From NCBI GenBank assembly GCA_038087875.1, contig CM075991.1, positions 14,014,001 through 14,078,000 on the forward strand: DNA of 64,000 bases. Reading direction: 5' to 3'. A model generated the notes under the pieces. The model did no database searches, had not been told where the DNA came from, and saw only the letters and a program-made list of their open reading frames with translations. Positions 12,121 through 23,927 of this stretch are shown here, piece by piece; the stretch's first letter is position 1, and every line of letters starts with the position of its first letter. This stretch comes from Malacoraja senta. Its lineage: Eukaryota. A program made the position numbers and the translations under genes.

Positions 12121-12585
12121 CATAAGAGTTCATAAGTGATAGGAACAGAATTAGGCCATTCAGCCCATCAGATCTACTCCGCTATTCAATCATGACTGAT
12201 CTATCTCTCCTCAATCCCATTCTCCTGCCTTCTCCCCATAACCTCTGACACCCGTACTAATCAAGAATCTATCTATCTCTGCCTTAGAAATATCCACTGA
12301 CTTGGCCTCCACAGCCGTCTGTGGCAATGAATTTCACAGATTCACCACCTTCTGACTAAAGACATTTCTCCTCATCTCCTGCCTAAAAGAACGTCCTTTA
12401 ATTCTGAGGCTGTGACCTCTGGTCCTAGACTCTCCCACTAGTGGAAACATCCTCTCCTCATCCACTCTATCCAGGCCTTTCACTATTCTGTGAGTTTCAA
12501 TGAGGTCCCCCCCTCATTCTTCTGAACTCCAGCGAGTACAGGCCCAGTGCCGACAAATGCTCATCACCTACTCATTCCTGGGGTC
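12121..12585 (-). mobile_element. CR1 LINE 3' fragment
   Basis: CR1 ORF2 C-terminal and 3' UTR sequence on minus. Confidence 0.8.
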
Positions 12586-12844
12586 ATTCTGGAGTGGGTC
12601 ATTCCTTTGCAACAGCTCTCTCTGTCCGTGGCTGCTGGAATGCCTTGAAGGAGTGTTTTCAGGAGCAGTGTGAAAGGCCCATTGTAGAATCCCAGCTGTG
12701 TGACAGACTGTTCACACATTCTCTCTGAGAGCCCTTCCCCTTGCATTGGCACTGAAGGCTCATCATGTGACTCGATCGTCACAGAGGACAGTAAATCATG
12801 ACCTGTAAACGTGCGGGGAATTGAGCTGAAAGCCAGCGTTTGGT

Positions 12845-13140
12845 TTCAGAGATACAGCGTGGAAACAGGACCTTCGGCCCACAGAGTCCGTGCTGTCCAG
12901 CGATCACCCGCGCATCTACTAGTTCTATGTTATCCCAGTGTTGCATCTTACACACACACTAGGGGCAATTTACAGAGGCTGATTCACCTGCAAACCCGCA
13001 CATCTTTGGGATGTGGGAGGAAGCCGGAGCACCCAGAGAAAACCCACGCAGGTCACAGAGGGAATGTACAAAATCCAGTGGTCAGGATCGAACCGGGATC
13101 TCTGGCACTGTGAGGAAGCAACTCTACTGCTGTGCCACCC
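12845..13140 (-). mobile_element. V-SINE (HE1-like)
   Basis: Head, V-domain and tail as above. Confidence 0.8.
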
Positions 13141-13272
13141 ACAGTGTTTATGTTGACATAACATCATCAGGTAAGAATGAAGGGGGCTAATGGGGCCCAC
13201 CATTAGTCCATGTGGGCCATTCATTCATAAAAAGGCACTTAGGTTAACGTGGACATGCCCCCTTAAAGGAGC

Positions 13273-13286
13273 GTTGTCATGGCAAC
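13273..13286. promoter_or_regulatory. RFX X-box motif
   Basis: GTTGTCATGGCAAC, one mismatch from the palindrome GTTGCCATGGCAAC, in non-repetitive sequence. Confidence 0.4.
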
Positions 13287-16200
13287 ACAGGGCATTCAGC
13301 AGACACATGCTTTAGTTACTGGCCTTAGAGTTGAGAGATGGAAACTGTCCCTTTGGCCCATCATGCCCACGCCAACCAACATGCACCCATTTCCAGCGTG
13401 ACAACATCTTTCCCACAACATGGCGTCCAAAACTCAACACGATAAAAACGTCACTCATTCCTCGACCCGAAACGTCACCTATTTCCTTCACTCCATAGAT
13501 GCTGCCTCACCCGCTGAGTTTCTTCAGCATTTTTGTCTACCTTGGCTTTACCTTGCACTAAACGTTATTCCCTTATCATGTATCCATACAATGTAAATGG
13601 CCAGATTGTAATCATGTGTTGTCTTTCTGCTGACAGGATAGCACGCTACAAAAATGTTTCACTGTACCTTGGTACACGTGACAATAAACTAAACCGTCCA
13701 AGTGTCTATCAATGTTGTTTTACTTTGGAGTCACGTGAGTGACTACGTGAAGAAGGCCGTCAGCCCACATGCGCGTCATTATGTCTAGCGCATTGTGCAA
13801 CGCGCTGACTGGCAGGCGCGCTGCTCCTGCCAGCGGTAAGTTTAAACCCCAAGGTAAGTGTTAGACTTTCTAGGTTATGTTTTCTATTACAGGAATCTCT
13901 TCTCACAGAGTTTTCCTGTTGGATTTCGAGGCGAAGTCGGGATGGGCCGCGGGGAAACCTTTATGGACCGCGGGGTAATCCCAGTCACGGACCGCGGGGA
14001 ATCCCGGTCACGACCTCGGGGAATCCCGGCCACGGACCGCGGGGAACCGGCTACGGAGAGGGTAAGCCACTCAATTATATCTCACTCTCTGAGGAGGGGA
14101 GCGTAGGGAAGAGGCCCATTGACTCAAACAAGTCGGGCCAGGAGGATTCCTGATGGAGAGGATCCCCTCCTTCAATGGGTAACGTCTTCGGACGTCTAAC
14201 CCACATGGAGCACCTGATGGAGAGGTGCTCCACAATGGTATGCTCCAAGGAGGGAATTATATCACCGGGGGTCTCCTCGGGGCCCGCGGCAGCGGCACCA
14301 GTTTACAGGGCTGCACAGTGTCTCCCTCTCTGAGGAGGGCAGCAGTCAGGGTCAGTTCTGTCTGACTCGGAGTTCAGTACCACGAGGCACGAAGGGTATG
14401 GTCCGTGGAGGGGCCATATCAACACAGGTCTCGTCGGGGGCCTGCGGCAGCACCTGTTTCAGGGCTGCTTACTATCGCCCTCGCCATGGAGAGGAGTGCG
14501 AGGGGTCAGTGTGTAACTGACTCCAAACTGGGAAGTATGTTCGTGGAACATACTGGAGTACGTGTGTGAGGTACAAGAATGTCTGTCATTACATCCAGGT
14601 TTGCGACATCCTCACAAGCGAAGGAGAGCTGCAGGAAGAGCGGTTCCAGCCGTTGGCAGCAAAACCTCACGTCACGTCATAACAGGAACAGGTGACGGCT
14701 GTGAGACACCATGCACCTGTAAATTGTTCCTGAAAGTGCCGGCAGTGAACAGCGCTATCAGGGGTGACTTTGGAGGGGCATGGAACCCCAGGTAACCAGC
14801 CGTCGAATCTTCTCTTCAGGTAAGCCTATTCAACAGGTGGACCTGCATGAGGGAGCTAAAGCTGTCGAACTACGAGTACAGCCTCATCGTTTCGGCAACA
14901 ACACACCCCACGCCTCCATCGGCAGTAAGCGGTTCACTGAAGCTGGTGGCAGCCAGCAAGCTGGGCAGAGGTCTTTTAGGCCAAGGCCCAAGCCGGTCTC
15001 AGGAAAAATATGGAATCCACGTACCCTACCAGTCCTACTCTCCAATCAAGGACGGAAATAGAACCCGCATCAGGGGCCTTTGGGCTTACCACAAGACCAC
15101 CGGTACCCATGAAGGTAGGTGGGTCTGGTTCTTTCCGAAACATGGGGTATGTGGACCATTTACAAGTTGGTAATATTGACACTTATTTTTTGTACTAATG
15201 ACAAAGTAAACATGTGATTAGTTTATACTGCACAGTATACAAGGATTCCAAGCAGGCTTGGAATTGTGGCCAGAGTTGTCTTTTGAAGCAGCCTCAGGAT
15301 TATGGCCAGGTTTGCCTTTCGACACAGGCTCGGAAATATGACCAGAGTGTGTTTTCAAGGCAGGCTCGGAACTATGGCAGGCGTGGCCTGATCATTGTGT
15401 AAGATGCAGGATGTCGGTTCATCCCTGATTAACTCGCTTGTGCAGTATAGACATTTGAGCATAGCAAGCTTCACTACTGTCTAACAACTGATTTCCATTG
15501 GATCTTTATGGCATGCATTGATCTCAAAGATGCATACTGTTCAGTTCTCATTCACAGGGATCACAGGAGATATTTGAAATTTAGCTGGATGGGGCAATAA
15601 TAACGGTTAAAACGTTGCAAAATATGCTAACTTCAGTTCGCAGGCTATTTACCAAATTATTAAAACCGGTTCTTGGGCTGCTTGGAGCTCAAAAACACTT
15701 GTTATGGCCCAACTACATGATATTCTAAACGCTGTATTTTGCTAAAATTAATTGTTTCGGCCGTACACTATATTTGAGAAATTGGGGTTTCTCATCCATC
15801 CAGTTAAGTTTAAGTTGATACCAACTAGAGTTATTGATTGTTGGGATCTATCTTTAACTCTATTAATTTACTGTGACTCCGCCCTGCAGCAAGAGATTGG
15901 AATGATTAAAAGCCTGTAACAACCTTGTTGTTAGGAAGTAACCTCTATTCATCAAGTGTAATTGGCAATATAGTGGCTGTGTTTTCAGCTGTGCATTTGG
16001 ACCTTTGCATTATCAGAACTTACAACGTGCAAAGGAATAACTTCTGCAGTGCCATATAGGTCATTATTAACAGACCTATGCTATTACCAGCTGAAGCTAT
16101 CAAAGTCACAATGGTGGATGAACAGTATTCAACATTGTTCCTGTAACTTTTGCTCAGTAACTCTTCAGTTATATTACAAACTGATGCTAGTACTCAAAGA

Positions 16201-17410
16201 TGAAAAATTACGAATACCATCTCTAGTTACGCAGGCGGATGGGCTTTGCATGAGTTACCATTTTTCAGTTATATGGTATCAACTGCTGTAACTATAAGAC
16301 ACTAGCTGTATTCTATGGATTAAAAGTTTATTGTGCGAATATGCATAATCTGCATGCTCAACTCCAAGTTGATACACTATGGTGGTGGCATATGTTAATC
16401 ACATGGGTGCAGTCAAGTTAAATATCCTGTGATAATTTACCTAACCTCATTTGGCACTGGTATATCATCACGTAAAATCTATGACAACACAGAATGGATG
16501 TTGTATCACAAAGTATTTAATGACATTGTGGTTCGATGGAACAATGAATATCAATATGTTTACATCCAGGCTCAATCACCATTGTAAAAATATGTGGCAC
16601 AGTGGCAATAGATGTATTCTCGCTACACTGAGGAGGAATGTTCTTTATGTCTTTCCTCCATTTTTCCTCATCAGTCGGGTCTTGCACAAAATCCAGCAAG
16701 ATCTTGCCTCAGGCATTTCGTACTGCCTGACTGGCCTATGCAGCCATGGTTCCCGCGAAATGTTGGGAATAATATAGGACCTTATATGGTTATCCTAAAC
16801 ACAAAAATTTGGTGGTCCAACCTCGTGACTCGGGAAACCATCCTCTGCATGATAAAATCAATTTATAGACTTGCAGACTCTGAGAGACCGTTCCGGCGGC
16901 TCGGGTTGCCAGACTGATCTATGTACGTGCTCACTGCAGAGTGCAGGGATAGCACTGAAAAAGCAGCACATTTTTCCTCATCAGGAGATGGGAAGTGTTT
17001 TGTTTTAATGCCAATGTTACATATAATAAGGCACGGATAACTAACGTCTCGGAGTTCACTTTCAGATGGGTCTTTGACAATTAATTAAGTTACAGTACCA
17101 TTAACTGTGCCAACGTGCTTTCTCATCATAGTTGCTGCAGCGATCGGGACCCACTCTGTCGGGTCTAACCCTCTGATATCCAGATTTCTAAAGAATATCT
17201 TTAACGCAAATTCTCCCAGGCCCAGGTACTCGGAGATATGGGATGTTAGTAATTGTTCTAAAACTGCTTCGCCAGTGGGGCCCAGCTACATCTCTATCCC
17301 TGGTCTAACTCACTTTCAAAGTGGTTATGCTCATGGCGCCAGTCTCAGCGCTACGGGTCCAGCCACTACTTAAATTGTGACTGGACAGGATGGTTACATC
17401 TGCTAATAAT

Positions 17411-20400
17411 ATAACCATATAACCATATAACCATAACAGCACGGAAACAGGCCATCTCGGCCCTTCAAGTCCGTGCCGAACATTTAAATTTTTTTTTTAT
17501 TTTTGTATTTTTTTAATTAAAAATAAAATACTTCCCCCTAGTCCCATCTACCTGCACTCAGACCATAACCCTCCATTCCTTTCCCGTCCATATACCCATC
17601 CAATCTATTTTTAAAGGATAACATCGAACCTGCCTCCACCACTTCCACTGGAAGCTCATTCCACACAGCTACCACTCTCTGAGTAAAGAAGTTCCCCCTA
17701 ATGTTCCCCCTAAACTTCTGTCCCTTAATTCTCAAGTCATGTCCCCTTGTTTGAATCTTCCCTACTCTCAATGGGAAAAGCTTATCCACGTCCACTCTGT
17801 CTAACCCGCTCATAATTTTAAAGACCTCTATCAAGTCCCCTCTTAACCTTCTGCGCTCCAAAGAATAAAGACCTAACTTGTTCAACCTTTCTCTGTAACT
17901 TAGTTGCTGAAACCCAGGCAACATTCTAGTAAATCTCCTCTGTACTCTCTCTATTTTGTTGACATCCTTCCTATAATTAGGCGACCAAAATTGTACTCCA
18001 TACTCCAGAATTGGCCTCACCAATGCCTTGTACAATTTTAACATTACATCCCAACTTCTATATTCAATGCTCTGATTTATAAAGGCCAGCACACCAAAAG
18101 CTTTCTTTACCACCCTATCTACATGAGATTCCACCTTCAGGGAACTATGCACAGTTATTCCTAGATCCCTCTGTTCAACTGCATTCCTCAATTCGCTACC
18201 ATTTACCGTGTACGTCCTATTTTGATTTGTCCTGCCGAGATGTAGCACCTCACATTTGTCAGCATTAAACTCCATCTGCCATCTTTCAGCCCACTCTTCC
18301 AAATGGCCTAAATCTCTCTGTAGACTTTGAAAATCTACTTCATTATCCACAACACCACCTATCTTAGTATCATCTGCATACTTACTAATCCAATTTTCCA
18401 CACCTTCATCCAGATCATTGATGTACATGACAAACAACAGTGGACCCAACACAGACCCCTGAGGCACCCCACTAGTCACCGGCCTCCAACCTGACAAACA
18501 GCCATCCACCATTACTCTCTGGCATCTCCCATTCAGCCACTGTTGAATCCATCTTGCTACTCCACCATTAATACCCAACAATTGAATCTTCTTAACCAAC
18601 CTTCCATGAGGAACCTTGTCAAAGGCCTTACTGAAGTCCATATAGACAACATCCACTGCTTTACCCTCATCAATTTCCCTAGTAACCTCTTCGAAAAATT
18701 CAAGAAGATTAGTCAAGCATGACCTTCCAGGCACAAATCCATGTTGACTGTTCCTAATCAGACCCTGCTTATCCAGATGCTTATATATATTATCTTTAAG
18801 TATCCTTTCCATTAATTTGCCCACCACTGACGTCAAACTAACAGGTCTATAATTGCTAGGTTTACTCTTCGAACCCTTTTTAAACAACGGAACAACATGC
18901 GCAGTACGCCAATCCTCCGGCACTATTCCCGTTTCTAATGACATTTGAAATATTTCTGTCATAGCCCCTGCTATTTCTACACTAACTTCCCTCAATGTCC
19001 TAGGGAATATCCTGTCAGGACCTGGAGACTTATCCGTTTTCATATTTTTCAAAAGTGTCCGCACCTCCTCTTCTTTGAATCTCACAGTTTCCATTGCTAC
19101 TCTGCTCGTTTCCCTTACCTCACATAATTCCATATCCTTCTCCTTCGTGAATACCGAAGAAAAGAAATTGTTCAATATCTCCCCCATCTCTTTTGGCTCT
19201 GCAGATAGCTGTCCACTCTGACTCTCTAATGGACCGATTTTATTCCTTGTTATCCTTTTGCTATTAATATAGCTGTAGAAACCCTTTGGATTTACTTTCA
19301 CCTTACTTGCCAAAGCAACCTCATATCTTCTTTTAGCTTTTCTAATTTCTTTCTTAATATTCTTTTTACATTCTTTATACTCCTCAAGCACCTCATTTAC
19401 TCCATGCTGCCTATAATTATTGTAGATCTCTCTCTTTTTCCGAACCAAGTGTCCAATTTCCCTTGAAAACCATGGCTCTTTCCATTTTTTACTATTTCCT
19501 TTCAACCGAACAGGGACATAAAGATTCTGTACTCTTAAAATTTCACCCTTAAATGTCCTCCATTTTTCTTCTACATCCTTCCCATAAAACAACATGTCCC
19601 AATTCACTCCTTTTAAATCCTTTCGCATCTCCTCAAAGTTAGCCTTTCTCCAAACAAAAATCTCAACCCTAGGTCCAGTTCTGACCCTCTCCATAATTAT
19701 ATTGAAACTAATGGTATTGTGATCACTGGACCCGAAGTGCTCCCCGACGCATACCTCCGCCACTTGCCCTGTCTCATTTCCTAACAGGAGGTCCAGCACT
19801 GCCCCTTCTCTAGTAGGTACCTCTATGTATTGCTGCAAAAAACTATCTTGCACACATTTTACAAACTCCAAACCATCCAGCCCTTTTACAGAATGTGTTT
19901 CCCAGTCTATGTGTGGAAAATTGAAATCTCCCACAATCACTACCTTGTGCTTACTACTAATATCTGCTATCTCCTTACATATTTGCTCTTCCAATTCTCG
20001 CTCCCCATTTGGCGGTCTATAATATACCCCTATAAGTGTTGCTACACCTTTCCCATTTCTCAGTTCCACCCAAATAGCCTCCCTAGACGAGCCCTCTAAT
20101 CTATCCTGCCAAAGCACTGCTGTAATATCTTCCTTGACAAGCAATGCAACACCCCCACCTCTTGCCCCTCCAATTCTATCACCCCTGAAGCAACGAAATC
20201 CTGGAATATTTATTTGCCAATCACAGCCCTCCTGCAACCATGTTTCACTGATCGCCACAACATCATACTTCCAGGTGTCAATCCAGGCTCTAAGCTCATC
20301 CACCTTTCTTACAATGCTCCTAGCATTAAAATATACACATTTAAGAAACCCACCACCACTTATTCTCTGTTTATTATCTTTTTCTTCTTTCTCCCCTACA

Positions 20401-20494
20401 TTTTGGGTCCGAGTGCTTCCCTTCTCTGCCTCCTGCCTCCCACATTTTCCACTAGCTTTCTCTATTTGAGTCCCTCCCCCCAACCGTTCTAGTT
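17411..20494 (-). mobile_element. CR1 LINE (5'-truncated at the ORF1 stop) nested in the DIRS A recombinase
   Basis: Intact ORF2; 3' UTR with GGGCCGAGATGGCCTGTTTCCGTGCTGT and an (ATATGGTT)n tail at 17411-17437; YR sequence resumes on both sides. Confidence 0.95.
17538..20483 (-). CDS. CR1 ORF2: APE endonuclease plus reverse transcriptase, 981 aa, uninterrupted (non-ATG start as called)
   Basis: APE motifs YFNARS, ISETW, YRPP, GDFN, SDH; RT motifs NYRPVSLTS, QHGF, DFSKAFD, GVPQGSVLGP, KYADD; CR1 C-terminus TRGH...FFTQRVV. Confidence 0.95.
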   Translation of the reverse strand: MGGGTQIEKASGKCGRQEAEKGSTRTQNVGEKEEKDNKQRISGGGFLKCVYFNARSIVRKVDELRAWIDTWKYDVVAISETWLQEGCDWQINIPGFRCFRGDRIGGARGGGVALLVKEDITAVLWQDRLEGSSREAIWVELRNGKGVATLIGVYYRPPNGERELEEQICKEIADISSKHKVVIVGDFNFPHIDWETHSVKGLDGLEFVKCVQDSFLQQYIEVPTREGAVLDLLLGNETGQVAEVCVGEHFGSSDHNTISFNIIMERVRTGPRVEIFVWRKANFEEMRKDLKGVNWDMLFYGKDVEEKWRTFKGEILRVQNLYVPVRLKGNSKKWKEPWFSREIGHLVRKKREIYNNYRQHGVNEVLEEYKECKKNIKKEIRKAKRRYEVALASKVKVNPKGFYSYINSKRITRNKIGPLESQSGQLSAEPKEMGEILNNFFSSVFTKEKDMELCEVRETSRVAMETVRFKEEEVRTLLKNMKTDKSPGPDRIFPRTLREVSVEIAGAMTEIFQMSLETGIVPEDWRTAHVVPLFKKGSKSKPSNYRPVSLTSVVGKLMERILKDNIYKHLDKQGLIRNSQHGFVPGRSCLTNLLEFFEEVTREIDEGKAVDVVYMDFSKAFDKVPHGRLVKKIQLLGINGGVARWIQQWLNGRCQRVMVDGCLSGWRPVTSGVPQGSVLGPLLFVMYINDLDEGVENWISKYADDTKIGGVVDNEVDFQSLQRDLGHLEEWAERWQMEFNADKCEVLHLGRTNQNRTYTVNGSELRNAVEQRDLGITVHSSLKVESHVDRVVKKAFGVLAFINQSIEYRSWDVMLKLYKALVRPILEYGVQFWSPNYRKDVNKIERVQRRFTRMLPGFQQLSYRERLNKLGLYSLERRRLRGDLIEVFKIMSGLDRVDVDKLFPLRVGKIQTRGHDLRIKGQKFRGNIRGNFFTQRVVAVWNELPVEVVEAGSMLSFKNRLDGYMDGKGMEGYGLSAGRWD

Positions 20495-21091
20495 GTTTAT
20501 TATGTAGTTAAGCAGAGCAGACCAGGGGCGTCAGGTCCTAAACAATTTTTCATGGCATACCCCATGGACCTTCGGTTGTCTGTGGTCACACATTTACAAC
20601 AATACGTCAAGGTCACCAAGAGCCTTAGAAGCTCTGCACTAGCAATGTTTGTTAGTTACTAAAAACCTCATAAAGGTATCTATCCAGACCATCTCCAGGT
20701 GGTCAAACGGGTTTTGGCTTATGCAGCAGTAGATACTAATATTTTCTATCTCACTCCACTAGGGCTGCTACAATATTAGCAGCAAGGGTTATGTACGTTC
20801 CACTGGACCACATCCTAGCGGCTGCAGGATGGTCAAACGAACGAACTTTCTAACATTTTATAATAACCCATTGCCAGACCGGGTTTTTTTTGTGCCAAAT
20901 TCCATTTACGTTTTGTTTCATAGTTTCCCCCAGGATGGTAGTGGTCACTATTATTTTCCTTTGATGATTAAAGCATCAGCATTTTTAACAAACTATGCCA
21001 TGGCTGAATGCATTAATCTTTTTCACTCATCCATGGTCAACGTTTGTGACGCCTGGACTCGTATCCGGCATGAAATCACAGAGCTTCAAAG

Positions 21092-21204
21092 TCTTCACGT
21101 AGTCACTCACGTGACTCCGAAGTAAAATAGTAAGATTAAACGAGAACTTACCAGTTTGAAGTTTGATCTTTATTTTATGAGGAGTTACGATGAGCGATTA
21201 CGTG
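21092..21204 (+). repeat. DIRS A internal complementary region (ICR)
   Basis: First 36 nt are the reverse complement of the left terminus (13718-13753, 1 mismatch). The remainder is the reverse complement of the right terminus (21351-21428, 1 mismatch). Confidence 0.92.
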
Positions 21205-22629
21205 CCCACCGCTCCCAACCCTCATATTATAGAGGTCATCTGGTAGTTCTAGTTCTCTCCAATCTTACTATGTTCAGGTCAACTACTGTTATCTGTGATT
21301 TCACTCCGCTGCTTTGAAGATTGACGCACATGCGGGCTGACGGCCTTCTTCACGTAATCGCTCATCGTAACTCCTCATAAAATAAAGATCAAACTTCAAA
21401 CTGGTAAGTTCTCATTTAATCTTACTATAATAGTACCTTCCTCAACTGCCTCCTCCAGCAGCTGGATCCATTTACACACAGACCTCTATAATAAACCTCT
21501 GAATTATTAAAGACAGCCATCATTAGTGTCCCTTTTTGAAGAATTCTCACTTATAAGGACAAAAAGTAAAGTCCCAAATTGTGTCTGAAAGTTACCTTGA
21601 AAAGAATATGCTTCACACTGTGACTATTAGTTCAAGGAAATGCTTGTTTGGAACACTAACTATAGTTTGGAACATTTAAAAATGCTTAATTAGAGATTTG
21701 GGCGGCACAGTTGTGCAACTGGTAGAGCCGCTGCCTCATAACGTAATAGACCGAGCTTCGATCCTAACCTTTAGTGCTGTCTGTGTGGAGTTTGTACGTT
21801 CCCTCTGTGACTGTGTTTCCCCAGGTGCCCCGGTTTCCTCCCACATCTCAAAGACGTGCGGGTTTGTAGGTTAATTGGCCCTCTATAAATTACCTCCAAT
21901 GTGTAGGGGGTTCGGCTCAGTCTATTGTCACGTGCAGCGAGGTGCAGTGAAAAGCTTTTGTTGCGTGCTGACCAGCCAGATGAAAGACAACACATGATTA
22001 CAATCGAGCCATTTACAGTGTACAGATACATGATAAGGGAATGACGTTTAGTGCAAGGTAAAGTTAGTGAAGTCTGATCACGGATCAGTCTGAGGTTCCC
22101 CAATGAGGTAGATAGTAGTTCAGGACTGCTCTCAGGTAGGATGGTTCAGTTGCCTGATAGGATCTGGGAAGAAACTGCCCTAGAATCTGGAGAAACTGTT
22201 CCTAAAACTGCATGGCCTAGAACTAGTGATCGATGGTCGACATGCACTTGGTGGGCCGAAGGTGGCTGGTTCCATGCTGTACCCATCAATGAAAATGTGA
22301 ATCCAGATTTTTGTGGACAGCACAAAGGGTTGCCCCTCACCATTCACCTCACTTACACCCAACCTCTGGGATCTTCTGAGACCATTTAAAGACTTCATCT
22401 AGTTGGACATCAGAACCAGCGAGCGTTTCAAGGCACAGTGAGACACGTTGAAGAACTCACCATGAACTAAGTAGCAATAAGCTTGAAATGTAATCTTAAA
22501 TTATATACAGAATTTACTCCAGCACTCTGTGTCCTTTTGTTAATTTACCCGTTACTAGTTAAAAAACAGTTTGTGGAATGTGGAAAGGCCATCAGTATAT
22601 ATGTGTGTGTGTGTGTGTATATATATGTC

Positions 22630-23218
22630 AAAAAGGCACAACAGAGGATGTACTTCCCACAGCAGCTGAGGAAGCACAATCTGCCACAGGCAATGATGGT
22701 CCAATTCTATACGGCCATCGTAGAGTCTGTTCTCACCTTCTCCATCATGGTCTGGTTTGGCTCAGCCACCAAGCACGACATCCGGAGGCTGCAGCGAATC
22801 GTCTGATCAGCAGAGAAGGTTATTGGCTGCAACCTTCCCTCCATGATGAACTGTACACTGCGAGGGCCAGGAAGCGAGCGGGCAAGATCATCTCTGACCC
22901 CTCTCACCTTGGCCACAAACTCTTTGAATCACTTCCCTCTGAAAGGTGACTCCGGACTGTCAAAGCCGCCACAGCCAGACGTAAAAACAGCTTTTATCCA
23001 CGAGTAGTAGCTCTACTCAATAACCAAAAATCTGTAGCCTCCTTTTGCTCTGGTATTTTGTTTGGTTCACATGTTTAATCAATAATGTTTTATTATTAAT
23101 TTGTAATGTTTTATGTGTCATTCGTATCTGTCATTGTATGTCATGTTGTTACTTGTGGGCGGAGCACCAAGGCAAATTCCTTGTATGTGAATACTTGGCC
23201 AATAAACTTATTCATTCA

Positions 23219-23222
<4 letters not shown>
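22630..23222 (+). mobile_element. Rex1/Babar-like LINE 3' fragment
   Basis: KKAQQRMYF...FYTAIVESVLTFSIMVWFG...LPS; (TTCA)n tail. Confidence 0.75.
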
Positions 23223-23257
<35 letters not shown>

Positions 23258-23927
23258 ATAGGAAGGAACTGCAGATGCTGGTTTAAATCGAAGATAGACA
23301 CAAAAAGCTGAAGTGACTCAGTGGGACAGGCAGCGAGAAGGAATGGGTGACGTTTCGGATCGAGACCCTTCTTCAGACCTTTAGACATACATATATGTTT
23401 GTGTTTATAAATATATCTGGGACACATGACAATAAAACACTCTTGACTTGTCTCTTGACTACATCAACATGACAATGTAGCAGATCAGTGCCAGACCCCA
23501 TGTGCAACCAAACAGTGAGTGCCATTTCACCTACGTAGACATGACAGAACTATGATTGATCATGGAATTGTCCTCTATTCATTACTGTAGTGAATAGGTT
23601 GAGACCTCCCAGAGACTTTGAGTGCTCTTTAAAACACTTCATTATCTCAACAGCTGAAAGATTGATATGTTTTTAATAAAGACACCATAACTCCAATGTA
23701 AAAGCCAACTGCCTCCCTTAACAGTGCTCCTCTGAGTGTGGGTTGTATCGGGAATGGGTCTGAAGGGAAGAGCTGGAGGTGTTTTTCAATCGCTTGCATT
23801 AGGAGTAAATCCAAATAGACACAAAAAGCTGGAGTAACTCAGCGGGACAGGCAGCATCTCTGGATAGAAGGAATGGGTGACGTTTCGGGTCGAGACCTTT
23901 CTTCAGACTGAGAGATTAAGGGACTCA

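Larger units (their letters stand above)
13718..21428 (+). mobile_element. DIRS1-like YR retrotransposon A, full length, coding-decayed
   Basis: Left terminus TTTTACTTTGGAGTCACGTGAGTGACTACGTGAAGA. ITR core 13744-13778 is inverted at 21322-21355. ICR at 21092-21204. Relic RT (IDLKDAY ~15520), RNase H (VAYVNHMG ~16385), MT (VFPPFFLISRVL ~16650) and YR (GSNPLISRFLK...PRPRYSEIWDV ~17160; VKQSRPG ~20510). Confidence 0.92.

Noticed and set aside
11361..12139. Cys/Val/His-rich ORFs resembling metallothionein or keratin-associated proteins
   Set aside because: Open in nearly all frames because of the GT/CA repeat; not coding
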